From the NCBI GenBank assembly GCA_965226375.1, contig CBDDCX010000008.1, positions 544,001 to 608,000 on the forward strand: a stretch of DNA of 64,000 nucleotides, written 5' to 3'. A program made the translations under genes and the position numbers. Source of the stretch: Longimicrobiales bacterium (GTDB lineage Bacteria > Gemmatimonadota > Gemmatimonadetes > Longimicrobiales > Gaopeijiaceae). The notes beneath the pieces were generated by a model. The model saw nothing but the letters and a program-made list of their open reading frames with translations, was not told the DNA's origin and did not search any database. This document shows positions 51,801-61,535 of this stretch, piece by piece. Each line of letters begins with the position of its first letter. The stretch's first letter is position 1.

Positions 51801-54800
51801 GCCGGCAGGACACGGAGGACATGGACGGGGACGGGAACCTCGACTCGCTCGAGCGCTACCTGCGCTTCGTGGTTCGCCTGGATGGTTCCTCCCCCTACTT
51901 GGCGCGCACCCGTGCCGAGACCGGTACCAACTTTCAGCTATACCGCGTCCCCCTCAGGGGAATGGGGGCCACCGAGGTGCCGAGCTCCTTCTCCGAAGCG
52001 TATTTTCGTGCCGTGAAGCACATGCGGCTCACGGTCGTCGGGGCGAGGGAGCAGCAGTTCGTGCTCACTCGGATGCGCGTCGTGGGGACTCACTGGGTCA
52101 AGCGCACCGAGTCGGGTGTCATGAAGGGCATCATCGGCGATACCGCGAGCTTCGTCGGGCGGGCGGAGGTCGGTCCCGTCAGCAAGATCACGGAGGGCGA
52201 GGGCTACGCGCCGCCCCCAGGCGTGATCGAGGAATTGGACGATCCGACGATCACTTTCTCCGGTCGTGGCTTCGAGTTCAACGAGAAGGGGCTGAAGCTT
52301 CAGTACGAGGACGTTCAGGCCGGTGACCGTGCAGAGGTCTTCAACCGGTTTCCCCAGCGTCCCAGGAACTTCCTCGCCTACCGGGAGCTCCGATTGTGGG
52401 CCTTGGCCCGAGCTGGTGATTGGGGGCCGCACCAACCCGTTTCCTTCTTCGTAAAGGTCGGCGAGGACTCCGAGAACTTCTACCTCTACCGAACGCCGCT
52501 CACCAGGGTGGTGAGCCCCGAGCTCGTCTCTCCGGGAGACTGGCTACCCGAAATCGTGGTCGACTTTTCAGAGTGGCTCGATCTCCGGCGACGGGCCGAA
52601 GAGGAGCTCATCATCAACCCGAGAGGACCTCAAGATCCTCCGGTCGAGTTGTGGGCAAGAGACTCGACCTATGCCATCGTCTTGAAGGACCGGGCTCGGG
52701 CGCCCAATCTGGCCGCGGTCCGCGAGCTTGCCCTTGGAGTCTGGAACCGGCTCACGGGCCCGACCACCGGCGAGGTCTGGATCAACGAGATGCGCCTTAC
52801 GGCATCGCTTCGAGATGTGGGTGTTGCGTCCCACTTCGGCGTGGACGTAGAAGCTTCGGACGTATGGACGACCCACATGACCGTCACCAGCCGCGGAGCC
52901 CTGTTCCGGCAGCTCGAGGACAACCCGACCTTCCAGGCGGATCGTGTCTTCAGCTTGAATTCCACCCTCAATGTGGAGCGCATGACGCCTGCGGCTTGGG
53001 GGGTCGAGATCCCGCTGACCGTATCCCATGTTCAGGCCGATCAGGATCCGCAGTTTCTGGCGCGAAGTGACGTGAGGGCGGGAAGCGTTCAGAACCTGCG
53101 GGAGACGAGTTCTCGCCGAACGCGTGTGGACGTCTCCTTTCGCAAACGCACACCGACGGCCAACCCGGTCGTCGGGTTGCTCCTCGACGGGTTGGAGGCC
53201 AGGGCCGGTTATTACACGGTGACTTCGAGCTCGATCACGGCGAAGGGCTCCTCGGAGGGAGTGGATGCGCGCCTGGGATACGGCCGCGCGGTGGGGAGGC
53301 GGGACTTCGCGTTGGTCCCCGGGTTCCTGCGTCCGGTGCTCCGCTGGATCCTTCCAAGCGCCTGGGAGGAGTCCATCGTCAACGGTCGGCTCCGATGGAG
53401 CCCGGAGCGCCTGTCCTTCGGCGGGTCGTACGCCAGGACGGACCAGCGAGCGTTTCGCTTCGACCAGATCGTCGAGGGTCCGGAGGACAGCCTGGTGCAG
53501 GCCACGCGGTCACCGAGAGAGTCCCTGGAGGGGGCCATGGAGATTGTTTTCCGCCCGTTCCGGGCTGTCACGGCCCAAGCCGATCTGGTGTCGATTCGGG
53601 ACCTCCTGCGTCCTGACGAGGCTGTGACGGATCCTCGGGTTCAGGATCTGCTGGAGGAGGAGCGCTCAGAAGCTCTGGGCCTGGATTTCGGCTGGCAGAC
53701 GGATCAGCTCATTCGGACGCGCATGAACTATGAGCCGAGGCTGGGAGGTTGGTTACGGGCGAACCTGGGATGGCAGACGTACTACTCCAGCGATCGAAAC
53801 GCCACGTTCGTGGATCGCCGCGTCGAGAACGGTGACACGGTCTTGGCTCTCCAGCGCAACGTCAACGGCCAACGTGATTTCACGGGCCAGTTTACCATCC
53901 TGCCCGTGGCCTTGCTCGGTCCTTCTGCCGCGGACGCAGAGCGCTCCGGCTTCGATCTCTTCGTGCGTAGGGCTCTCGCAGCCGTGGACCCGATCTCGAT
54001 CACGTACCAAGACGGGATCACCTCACGATTCAATCGCGATCCTGTCGACCCCGGGTTCGGATATCGGTTCGGGATCGCGGACATGGAGGGCTACCGGTTC
54101 ATCGATGCGGATACCGCTACCACGCTGACCGACAGGACCGGTTGGACCGCACGCTCCGGCGTCCGATTGCCGGCAGCGATTCAAGTCGGTGTGAACTATC
54201 GGCTCAGTGAGGCGAATACGCTCGACACCCGGAGTGATCGAACATTCAAGCGTGAAACGTGGCCCGATGTGTCCGCGGCGGTCACGAGCCTTCCGTTGCC
54301 CGAACAACAGTCGCTCCTTCGGCGTGTGAGCATGTCCACCGGATTCCAACGCGTCAGGCAGGAGACCGCCTACGGCGGACTCGGACAACAGCGGCGCTTT
54401 CAGGCGGATGAGCGCATTCCTGTGGACGTCGCGGTGGTTTGGGGGGGAGGAGTGTCCACGAGCTACAGGGGATCGTTCGTCAGGGGAGAAGGGCGGGATC
54501 CCACCGGACGCACGGAACGGACGAGAGAAAACCACACCTTTTCGATCTCGGGGGCGTTCCGCCTGCCGCTGGGACTGGCCGAGCGTCTCGACGGACCACT
54601 GACGACGTCTGCCTTGGTCCAATACACGTCGGATAGAAACTGCCGCGCTACGGCGGGCGGAACGGACTGTGTGGCTTTCCTCGATGAGCTCATTCGGAGC
54701 TTGATGGTGCGTCTGGAAACCACGGTGTCGCGCACCGATTTACGGTTGCAGCTCTCGTACACGGACCGGGAGTCCTTCGTTGGGTTGAGGTCGGGGTCGA

Positions 54801-54862
54801 CCCAATTCCAGTTCGGACTGTTCGGCCGATTCATCATCGCCGACGACGCCCTTCTTCGATGA
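48809..54862 (+). CDS. Very large outer-membrane protein, SprA-like
   Basis: 2017 aa with signal peptide; GTIAERITLDVDFDQAREFSAANNINIFYDGDEDDVLKRVELGDVTF, YEIDYSIGQV, DTEDMDGDG, GEVWINEMRL resemble SprA-family motifs; long amphipathic beta-strand C-terminal region. Confidence 0.8.
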   Translation: MLSHAALLALALTVPLPGRALTVQAVQDTVRWRPPGLELPAFLAAFPGRSAGMSSSVVQLGLKPMPPLVPIELSVPAVVRGGPVPEASRWLVAPGPTLIRRRLALQRMALFKPSAPDRVMRSVVGDSDASLLGGGLSDLDVEIVGQAELGGDWTSFRPCDSRVQFSCDPGVLPKLNPDIQFAVRAQGTIAERITLDVDFDQAREFSAANNINIFYDGDEDDVLKRVELGDVTFALPTSRFLTEGIPAGNFGFLASGQVGPLEFDGVWAQQQGDLSRREFRLSGGPGQESFVQVDTLVLDDADYVLGQFFFLVDPEFIDRSPHIDVLSLDPSSGPVSLSPGAEPIQVYRFETDPVTRQQVEGLIQADGFASKDGDTVEESGWFRFLQPGVDYSVHSSGLWLALRQPLRQEEMLAVTYITATGDTIGTYNPESVYNAGGRPRLKLLKASRANHRPGRPTWDLEMHQVYRVSSSPDVDPNSVHLTISLGELSAGRTFKRELGGRDITFLRLFGLDEESPIDVLDQAGVYKPALELFQEQPVIPGVFIIFPTLEPFQAPPPVESLGLSEQETAAILEGDGNPTIYEEEDPFLRESGGLYRLTIPFELRSRGVISSFSLGAIGIRDDSERIFLGDRLLSRGTDYEIDYSIGQVTLIQPEILFATASEPVVRATWEQKSIFQVAPTTVFGVSGRLSAGEVGGFNFLALHQRERALVNRPQLGVEAAAITLSGLSMNFDFPARGLDRLVESIPFLRVGGPSRIGVEGEVALSFPNPNIRSDVFLDDFDSSNELALSLFSYDWLRGSVPGFRTGAEDVFPMALDETDAADLVWQHAWTIPGVGEDSVGVFPGFLPEDDIDRQINVLGSQVREIGLLFSFIPHPDAPGGTSWRSITTSLSSTGLDLSKSESLEFYVAEGDSLDLIIDLGTVGEDALFVDADGRLNGVKSNGSPWGRGILDHEADPRLGEIWSQEADERGVWLESCLAEPAAVYPTGDPRGSCTRGNGRQDTEDMDGDGNLDSLERYLRFVVRLDGSSPYLARTRAETGTNFQLYRVPLRGMGATEVPSSFSEAYFRAVKHMRLTVVGAREQQFVLTRMRVVGTHWVKRTESGVMKGIIGDTASFVGRAEVGPVSKITEGEGYAPPPGVIEELDDPTITFSGRGFEFNEKGLKLQYEDVQAGDRAEVFNRFPQRPRNFLAYRELRLWALARAGDWGPHQPVSFFVKVGEDSENFYLYRTPLTRVVSPELVSPGDWLPEIVVDFSEWLDLRRRAEEELIINPRGPQDPPVELWARDSTYAIVLKDRARAPNLAAVRELALGVWNRLTGPTTGEVWINEMRLTASLRDVGVASHFGVDVEASDVWTTHMTVTSRGALFRQLEDNPTFQADRVFSLNSTLNVERMTPAAWGVEIPLTVSHVQADQDPQFLARSDVRAGSVQNLRETSSRRTRVDVSFRKRTPTANPVVGLLLDGLEARAGYYTVTSSSITAKGSSEGVDARLGYGRAVGRRDFALVPGFLRPVLRWILPSAWEESIVNGRLRWSPERLSFGGSYARTDQRAFRFDQIVEGPEDSLVQATRSPRESLEGAMEIVFRPFRAVTAQADLVSIRDLLRPDEAVTDPRVQDLLEEERSEALGLDFGWQTDQLIRTRMNYEPRLGGWLRANLGWQTYYSSDRNATFVDRRVENGDTVLALQRNVNGQRDFTGQFTILPVALLGPSAADAERSGFDLFVRRALAAVDPISITYQDGITSRFNRDPVDPGFGYRFGIADMEGYRFIDADTATTLTDRTGWTARSGVRLPAAIQVGVNYRLSEANTLDTRSDRTFKRETWPDVSAAVTSLPLPEQQSLLRRVSMSTGFQRVRQETAYGGLGQQRRFQADERIPVDVAVVWGGGVSTSYRGSFVRGEGRDPTGRTERTRENHTFSISGAFRLPLGLAERLDGPLTTSALVQYTSDRNCRATAGGTDCVAFLDELIRSLMVRLETTVSRTDLRLQLSYTDRESFVGLRSGSTQFQFGLFGRFIIADDALLR

Positions 54863-54946
54863 TCCTCCCGAGTACCCCGTACAGACTCTGAGCCGGTCTG
54901 CCCGGACGACCATGGCCTTGCCCGGAGGCGTGGCGCACCATGGTAC

Positions 54947-55615
54947 ATGACGTCGGCAGAATCCCGGGCCCTCGAGCGGGCGGCGCTTCTCGTTCTCACC
55001 CTGTGCGTCGTCCGCGCCGTCGCGAGTTACCGGAGTCCCGCAGGAGCGGTACCACAAGAGGTCGCCGATTCCGAGGCCGCCACACTGTTGAGGGAGAGCG
55101 GTGAGATGAGGAGTGAGGGGGCTCGCCGAACACGGCCCCTGTCCGCCGACGAGAAGATCGATCCGAACACTGCCACCGAAGAAGCGCTCGATCGCCTGCC
55201 CGGAGTAGGGCCTGCCACCGCACGGAGGATCGTCAGTCACCGGGAGGTGGTGGGTACGTTTTCGGAGGCGAACGACCTCCTTGCCGTTCCCGGGATCGGG
55301 GCGGGGACCTTGGCCCGGATAGAGCCGTTTCTGGTGTGGTCCGACCCGTCTCGCGGTGGCGCTCGGCCAGTTGCGGGGCGTCCCGGGCGAGCCGGCGATG
55401 GTCGGTCACAACGGCCTCCTGTCATCGACCTGAACCGGGCCACTCAGAAGGAGTTGGAAAAACTGCCAGGAGTGGGACCGGCCCTCGCCCGTCGGATCCT
55501 GGCTCTTCGTGACTCGCTGGGTGGATTTCGCACCGCAGACGACCTGGAGCGAGTCTGGGGGCTCGGTCCCATCACGGTAGCTCGGCTGAAGCCTTTGGTA
55601 TTGGTTGGCCGCTGA
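54947..55615 (+). CDS. comEA: ComEA family DNA-binding protein (two HhH modules)
   Basis: IDPNTATEEALDRLPGVGPATA and IDLNRATQKELEKLPGVGPALA; N-terminal membrane anchor. Confidence 0.9.
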   Translation: MTSAESRALERAALLVLTLCVVRAVASYRSPAGAVPQEVADSEAATLLRESGEMRSEGARRTRPLSADEKIDPNTATEEALDRLPGVGPATARRIVSHREVVGTFSEANDLLAVPGIGAGTLARIEPFLVWSDPSRGGARPVAGRPGRAGDGRSQRPPVIDLNRATQKELEKLPGVGPALARRILALRDSLGGFRTADDLERVWGLGPITVARLKPLVLVGR

Positions 55616-55715
55616 GCGATTTCGTGCTTGCACGGCAGGGCTGCCCGATCCTACCTTTGGCTGTAAGCACACAAACGTTTCCGCTTGATTACGCCTCTGG
55701 GGGAGGGCTCCGGCG

Positions 55716-57386
55716 ATGGCAACAGATGTCGCAGAAGTTCGTCTTGGTGACCTTTTCGTACGAGAAGGCCTCATCGACGCGGGCCAGTTGGAAGAGGCCC
55801 TGAAGGACGCTAGGGAGAGTGGGACCCGTGTCGGGTTCTCACTCGTCAAGCTCGGCTTCGTGGCGGAAAACGAACTCACGCGAATGCTGTCCAAGCAGTA
55901 CCGCCTGCCCGCTGTCGACCTCGAGAAGGTTACCGTCGAAGAGAAAATTTTTAGGCTCATCGACGGTGAAATGGCGTACAAGCATTTGGTCCTGCCCCTC
56001 AGAAAAGTGGGCCGGACGCTCACCGTCGCCATGGCGAACCCGTCCGATCTGGAGGCCGTGGACGTCCTTCGGTTCAAGACGCGCTTCGACATCGAGCCGG
56101 TGATTGTCGGGGAGTACACGCTCCGTAAACATCTCGAGCGTTACTACGGTGCCTCTGAAGACGCCATGGATGACCTCCTGGGCGACTTCCTCGAAGAGGA
56201 CATCGAGTTCGTCGAAGATACGAGCGACGAAGAGAGCATGGCCGCACTCCAGGCCGAGGTCGACGAGGCGCCGGTCGTGAAGTTCATCAACGGGCTGCTC
56301 ACGGACGCGGTGCGAAAGGGCGTCTCCGATATCCACGTCGCACCCTACGAGAAGGAAATTCGAGTCCGATACCGGATCGACGGATCGCTCTTCGAGGTCA
56401 TGAAGCCGCCCATGAAAATGAAGGCGGCCTTGACCTCGCGCATCAAGATTCTGGCGGACCTGAACATCGCCGAGCGCAGGGTGCCCCAGGATGGCCGCAT
56501 CAAGCTGAGGATGAAACGCAAGGTGGTGGACTTCCGCGTGTCTACGCTGCCGGTGATCTTCGGCGAGAAGATCGTGATGCGTATCCTGGACGCGGGGAAC
56601 CTCACCTTCGACCTAGGCCTGTTTGGATTCGAGCCCAAGGCCGAAGCGGACTTCATGGGGGCCATCGCCAATCCTTATGGCATGGTCCTGGTCACGGGGC
56701 CTACTGGTTCCGGTAAGACCACTACGCTGTATTCCGCCCTCTCCCAGATCAACAACGAGGACGTGAACATCATGACGGCCGAGGATCCGGTGGAGTACAA
56801 TCTCCACGGGATCAATCAGGTTCTCGTCCGGCCTGAGATCGGAATGAGCTTCGCCGCGGCGCTCAAGGCGTTCCTGCGGCAGGACCCGAACATCATCATG
56901 GTGGGTGAGATCCGTGACCTCGAGACGGGGGGAATCGCGATCAAAGCGGCCCTCACGGGTCACCTCGTACTCTCGACCCTCCATACCAACGATACGCCGT
57001 CTACCATCACCCGTCTGATCGACATGGGTCTGGAGCCGTTCAACCTCGCCGCCGCTCTCAACCTCGTGACGGCTCAGCGCCTTCTCCGGCGCATCTGCAC
57101 GAACTGCAAGGTCGAGACGACCTACGACGACGAATGGCTCAAGGCGGCCAAGATCGACGACGCATGGCTCAACAAGACGACCCTGTACAAGGGCGAAGGT
57201 TGCGACAAGTGTGGTGGAGCCGGATACAAGGGCCGGCAGGGTCTGTACGAGGTCATGAACGTCAACACCCCGATCAGAAAGGCCATCATGTCCGAGTTGA
57301 GCACGGACGACCTGCGTGACGTAGCCCTAGAGGAGGGCATGCTCACGCTTCGGATGGACGGCCTCCTGAAGGTGGAACGAGGCATC
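55716..57386 (+). pseudogene. pilB: Type IV pilus assembly ATPase PilB, C-terminus truncated and fused (ORF as read ends at 57608)
   Basis: N-terminal RLGDLFV (MshEN-like), ERRVPQDGRI, GPTGSGKTTT, TAEDPVE, LRQDPNIIMVGEIRD, Zn-binding Cys pairs; similarity stops at LKVERGI. Confidence 0.9.
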
Positions 57387-57387
57387 C

Positions 57388-57870
57388 CCCGGCGGCCAGC
57401 TCTTCATCGACCGGCTTATGTTGGCGCTTCCGATCTTGGGCGACCTGCAGCGCAAAGCTGCGGTGGCCCGTTTTACTCGGACTCTGGGCACGCTGGTATC
57501 CTCTGGTGTCTCGATCCTGGAGGGCCTCGAGATCACGGCCAAGACCGCAGGCAACCGCGTTATCCACGACGCCGTCATGAGCTCACGGACGTCGATCGCG
57601 GGCGGTGAGACCATCGCTGGACCGCTCAAGGAGTCGGGCGTTTTCCCGCCCATGGTCGTGCAGATGATCAACGTGGGTGAGCAGACGGGTGGTCTGGACA
57701 CGATGCTCACGAAGATCGCCGACTTCTACGATGACGAAGTCGATGCTGCGGTCGAGGCTCTGCTCGCCGCCATGGAGCCGATCATGATCGTGGTTCTCGG
57801 TGTGGTGGTCGGTGGCATGATCGTCGCCATGTACCTTCCGATCTTCGACATGATCAACGCGGTGGGCTAG
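57388..57870 (+). pseudogene. pilC: PilC/GspF platform protein, C-terminal fragment only
   Basis: ARFTRTLGTLVSSGVSIL, FPPMVVQMINVGEQTG, AMYLPIF; about 160 codons, N-terminal part absent. Confidence 0.9.
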
Positions 57871-57910
57871 GGTAGGACGCGGTCCCGTCCATCTGTACGA
57901 CGCGCAGGAG

Positions 57911-57945
57911 TCGCCGGCCCCCTGACTGAGGGGCCGGCGATTTTT
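57911..57945 (+). terminator. Intrinsic terminator after pilC
   Basis: tcgccggcccc / ggggccggcga stem followed by ttttt. Confidence 0.85.
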
Positions 57946-57991
57946 GTCCAGTGTCCTCTGAGTATGAACTACCTATCCGGAAGGAACACGG

Positions 57992-58339
57992 ATGCAAGAC
58001 ACGATTTTCGGGAAGATCGTTCGCGGAGAAATCCCGGCCGAGGTGGTTTACCAGGACGAATTGGTTACGGCGTTTCGTGACATCGAGCCTCAGGCCCCGA
58101 CCCACATTCTGATCGTTCCCAACCGGGCCGTACCGACACTCGCCGACGTGACCGAGGCGGACGAACCGGCCCTTGGGCGCATGATCCGCGTGGCTTCACG
58201 TTTGGCTGAGGAGGATGGGATCGACGAGAAGGGATACCGACTCATTCTGAACTGTCGGGCCCACGGCGGTCAGGAAGTGTACCATGTCCACTTGCACCTG
58301 ATCGGTGGGCGCCCCCTCGGCAGGATGCTTCCGGATTGA
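57992..58339 (+). CDS. hinT: Histidine triad nucleotide-binding protein
   Basis: [43 protein letters not shown]. Confidence 0.95.
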   Translation: MQDTIFGKIVRGEIPAEVVYQDELVTAFRDIEPQAPTHILIVPNRAVPTLADVTEADEPALGRMIRVASRLAEEDGIDEKGYRLILNCRAHGGQEVYHVHLHLIGGRPLGRMLPD

Positions 58340-58421
58340 CCGCTGCGGATCGGCTCCGGCTTGCCCGGAGCTAAGGTGGGGACAATCTTCCTCGCTTTCA
58401 CACTCCAGATAGAGAGCGCAA

Positions 58422-60119
58422 GTGGAACGCTTTGAGAACTTCGTCAGCGCCGTGCGGGCCTTTGTATGGGAGTGGGGTGTCCCGGCCGGAGATGGTGACA
58501 TCCCCGTCGTCATCCTGGCCCTCATCGGAGTCGGCGGGTTCCTGACCCTCCGCCTCGGGTTCATTCAACTCCGCCACTTTGGGCACGGTGTGGCCGTGGC
58601 CACCGGCCGATACGACGATCCGAGCGATCCGGGTGACGTCACGCACTTCCAGGCCCTGACCACGGCCCTGTCAGCCACCGTCGGCATCGGAAATATTGCC
58701 GGAGTGGCGCTTGCCATTCACTGGGGAGGCCCTGGCGCGCTGTTCTGGATGTGGCTGACGGCCGCTCTCGGGATGGCGACGAAGTTCACCGAGGTGACCT
58801 TGGCCCAGCACTACCGGCAGGTGCACGAGGGGGCGGACGAGATGGTGGGTACCGTTTCCGGCGGTCCCATGTACTACATCGAGCACGGTTTGGGGCCGAA
58901 GTGGAAGTGGATGGGGATCTTCTTCGCAACCGCCCTGGGGTTCACCGCGTTCCTGACCGGGAACGCGATTCAGGCGAACACCGTGGCCGACACGATCGGC
59001 ACGGCCTTCGGGACGGCCCAGTGGATTACGGGCGCCGTCACGGTCACGATCGTCGCGGCGGTGGTCCTGGGAGGAATCGGACGGATCGGCCGTATCACCA
59101 GCATCCTGGCTCCCTTCATGGCCGCCGTATACGTGCTGGGTGCCGGGTTGATCATCGTCATGAACCTCGGTGCCGTGGCTCCGGCCTTCGCTACCATCTT
59201 CGCAGAGGCCTTCAACCCCTCGGCCGGTGTAGCCGGTACGGGAATCGGCGCCATTCTCGTTACGCTGATGTGGGGCGTGAACCGTGGCCTCTTCTCCAAT
59301 GAGGCTGGACAGGGCTCGGCCCCCATCGCCCACGCGGCCGCCAAGACCGACGAGCCTGTCTCCGAGGGTGTCGTAGCACTTCTCGAGCCCTTCATCGACA
59401 CGATCGTCATCGTGACCATGACGGCGCTCGTAATCATCATTACGGGCGTGTACAGCGAGCGCATTCCGACCGAGATCACGCTGGCTGGCGGTGATCTCAG
59501 CTGGGTGTCGGGAGACCTGCAGGCCGGTTATGAATCCGTGAACGCCCCGGCCGAGATTCAGATTCAGAACGGCCGGCACGCGACGGGGAGCGCGACCTTC
59601 CTGGCCTGGCACGAGGTGGCGATGGACGACCTCTTCGTCGACGAGGGCATGACGCAACGTTTCTCGGGCTCCGTTTTTCCCGGGCGAGGTGAGGCGGTAG
59701 ACGGATCCGGAACCAGCCACACGTCGCTGTACGGAATGGCGATCGAGAGTGGCGCCCCCCTCACCATGTACGCTTTCCGGAAGGGGTTATCTCCCCTGGG
59801 TGATTGGGGTCACTACGTCGTGATCCTCTCGGTCTTCCTGTTCGGAATCTCCACGGCCATCTCCTGGAGCTACTACGGAGACCGATGTGCCAACTACCTC
59901 CTGGGCGAAGGAGCGATCCGTCCCTACAAGGTCGCCTACCTGATCATGCACTTCCTTGGGGCGATCATCTCGCTGAACCTGGCCTGGCAAATCGGCGATA
60001 TCGCCCTGGGCATCGTCATCTTGCCCAACCTGATCGCACTCGTGATGCTCTCCGGGAAGGTCAAGGAGCTCACGGACAGCTATTTCGAGCGCAAGCCGTG
60101 GCTGAGTGCCGGAGAGTAG
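58422..60119 (+). CDS. Alanine/glycine:cation symporter (AGCS family)
   Basis: ATVGIGNIAGVA, GGPGALFWMW, GGPMYYI, RGLFSNEAGQGS, EPFIDT. Confidence 0.95.
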   Translation: MERFENFVSAVRAFVWEWGVPAGDGDIPVVILALIGVGGFLTLRLGFIQLRHFGHGVAVATGRYDDPSDPGDVTHFQALTTALSATVGIGNIAGVALAIHWGGPGALFWMWLTAALGMATKFTEVTLAQHYRQVHEGADEMVGTVSGGPMYYIEHGLGPKWKWMGIFFATALGFTAFLTGNAIQANTVADTIGTAFGTAQWITGAVTVTIVAAVVLGGIGRIGRITSILAPFMAAVYVLGAGLIIVMNLGAVAPAFATIFAEAFNPSAGVAGTGIGAILVTLMWGVNRGLFSNEAGQGSAPIAHAAAKTDEPVSEGVVALLEPFIDTIVIVTMTALVIIITGVYSERIPTEITLAGGDLSWVSGDLQAGYESVNAPAEIQIQNGRHATGSATFLAWHEVAMDDLFVDEGMTQRFSGSVFPGRGEAVDGSGTSHTSLYGMAIESGAPLTMYAFRKGLSPLGDWGHYVVILSVFLFGISTAISWSYYGDRCANYLLGEGAIRPYKVAYLIMHFLGAIISLNLAWQIGDIALGIVILPNLIALVMLSGKVKELTDSYFERKPWLSAGE

Positions 60120-60154
60120 TCTCTCGAAAGGGGTCGAGCTCTTGGAGATCGGAG

Positions 60155-60229
60155 GCGGGGGTGGCCAGTGGTCACCCCCGCTTTCTTGCAGCTAGTGTGG
60201 TGTAGCATGACTCCTGCTACACCACACTA
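60155..60229. terminator. Two adjacent hairpins between convergent genes
   Basis: gcgggggtggcc / ggtcacccccgc plus tttctt (60155-60187); perfect 15-bp IR tagtgtggtgtagca / tgctacaccacacta (60193-60229). Confidence 0.75.
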
Positions 60230-60664
60230 AACCACGGAATCCGAGTCCTCCCGGTCTCCCACGGTCTCGAAGTCACCGTGGGTCACGGGCCGAAAATTCA
60301 GGTCGATAGCCAGCCAGATCGTCTTGGCGAAGGGATAGAAGAGGATAGGCGTTACCACGGCCAATACGAGGAGCCATCGTTTGAGCCCGGTCCACGGCAC
60401 GTCGGGGAGGGTAAGGAGGATGGTGGCTCCAGCGCCGAAGACGATGAGGAGTTCGGCGACGACGAAGTTGACCACATAACTTCCCAGGAAGTAGTCGACT
60501 TCTCCCCTGTCGAGCTTCAGCCGGCAACCAGGACATGTCTCGGCCATCACCACCCAACGCCGGGAGAGCGCCGGTGAGCCGCAGTGGGGGCAACGCAACC
60601 TCAACGCGCGTCCGAAGAGGCGGAGCCCAAGCACCTGAGGTCGTTCTTGTCGTTCTGAGGTCAC
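60227..60664 (-). CDS. DUF983-like membrane protein
   Basis: RLRCPHCG...CPGCRL, two TM helices, PFAKTIWLAID. Confidence 0.8.
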   Translation of the reverse strand: MTSERQERPQVLGLRLFGRALRLRCPHCGSPALSRRWVVMAETCPGCRLKLDRGEVDYFLGSYVVNFVVAELLIVFGAGATILLTLPDVPWTGLKRWLLVLAVVTPILFYPFAKTIWLAIDLNFRPVTHGDFETVGDREDSDSVV

Positions 60665-60751
60665 CCGACCGAGTCCCCGGAAGTTTGCCGGACGCTCCAG
60701 CGTCCCGCACAGTGGATCGATGGAGATGAATCTATCCGAACGGCCACAGCG

Positions 60752-61534
60752 GTGACGCACTCCTCTTCCGGTGCGGGCGCGAGCCGCGAGGCCTGGACGC
60801 CTCTCGAGGCGGCCTTGATCGCTTTCCATGAACGTGGGGAGCATGCCGAGCTACTGGTGTCGAACGATCTCGGTGACGCGGAGACCCTCTCAGCATCTCT
60901 GTTTTTTCGCTCCGAGGGCGAGTTCGAGGTGTGGGAGTCCGAGGCACTCCGCCGATGTGGAGACCGCGTACTCGATGTCGGAGCCGGCGTTGGTGCACAC
61001 GCTCTGATACTCCAGGATAGAGGCCACCGCGTGACGGCCCTCGAGGCGCTTACCGGGGCTGTACGGATCATGGAGGAACGCGGGGTGAAGGACGTGATGT
61101 TGGGCACTCTGTTCGACATACGCCATGAACCGACCTATGACACCGTACTCATCCTGATGAACGGTTCCATGTTGGCGGAGACACTCACCGGGCTCGACAG
61201 GATGCTTGAGCGAGCCCGGGGCCTGCTGCTGCCGGGCGGCACCCTCCTGCTCGACTCCACCGACCTACGAATACCACGCGACCCTGTCGCTACGGACGGG
61301 TCGGGCCCGGGCCGCGAGGGGCTCGATGTCGGCTGTGACGACCCCGCCGACGGTCGGTACGTGGGAGAGCTCCACTTCCAACTTTCGTACGGTGATCTCC
61401 GTGGAGAAGTCTTCCCCCAACTCTTCGTCGACCCGGAGACGCTCGAGGCTCGGGCTAGAACGGGTGGCTGGCAGACCCGCGTAGTCTGGACCGGTGAAGA
61501 CGGTCGTTTCCTGGCCCAACTGACTCCGATCTGA
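60752..61534 (+). CDS. Class I SAM-dependent methyltransferase
   Basis: RVLDVGAGVG, YDTVLILMNG, LLPGGTLLLD. Confidence 0.9.
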   Translation: MTHSSSGAGASREAWTPLEAALIAFHERGEHAELLVSNDLGDAETLSASLFFRSEGEFEVWESEALRRCGDRVLDVGAGVGAHALILQDRGHRVTALEALTGAVRIMEERGVKDVMLGTLFDIRHEPTYDTVLILMNGSMLAETLTGLDRMLERARGLLLPGGTLLLDSTDLRIPRDPVATDGSGPGREGLDVGCDDPADGRYVGELHFQLSYGDLRGEVFPQLFVDPETLEARARTGGWQTRVVWTGEDGRFLAQLTPI

Positions 61535-61535
61535 G

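Noticed and set aside
57387..57608. Novel C-terminal extension of PilB
   Set aside because: It is an out-of-frame read-through of pilC sequence after the deletion junction.
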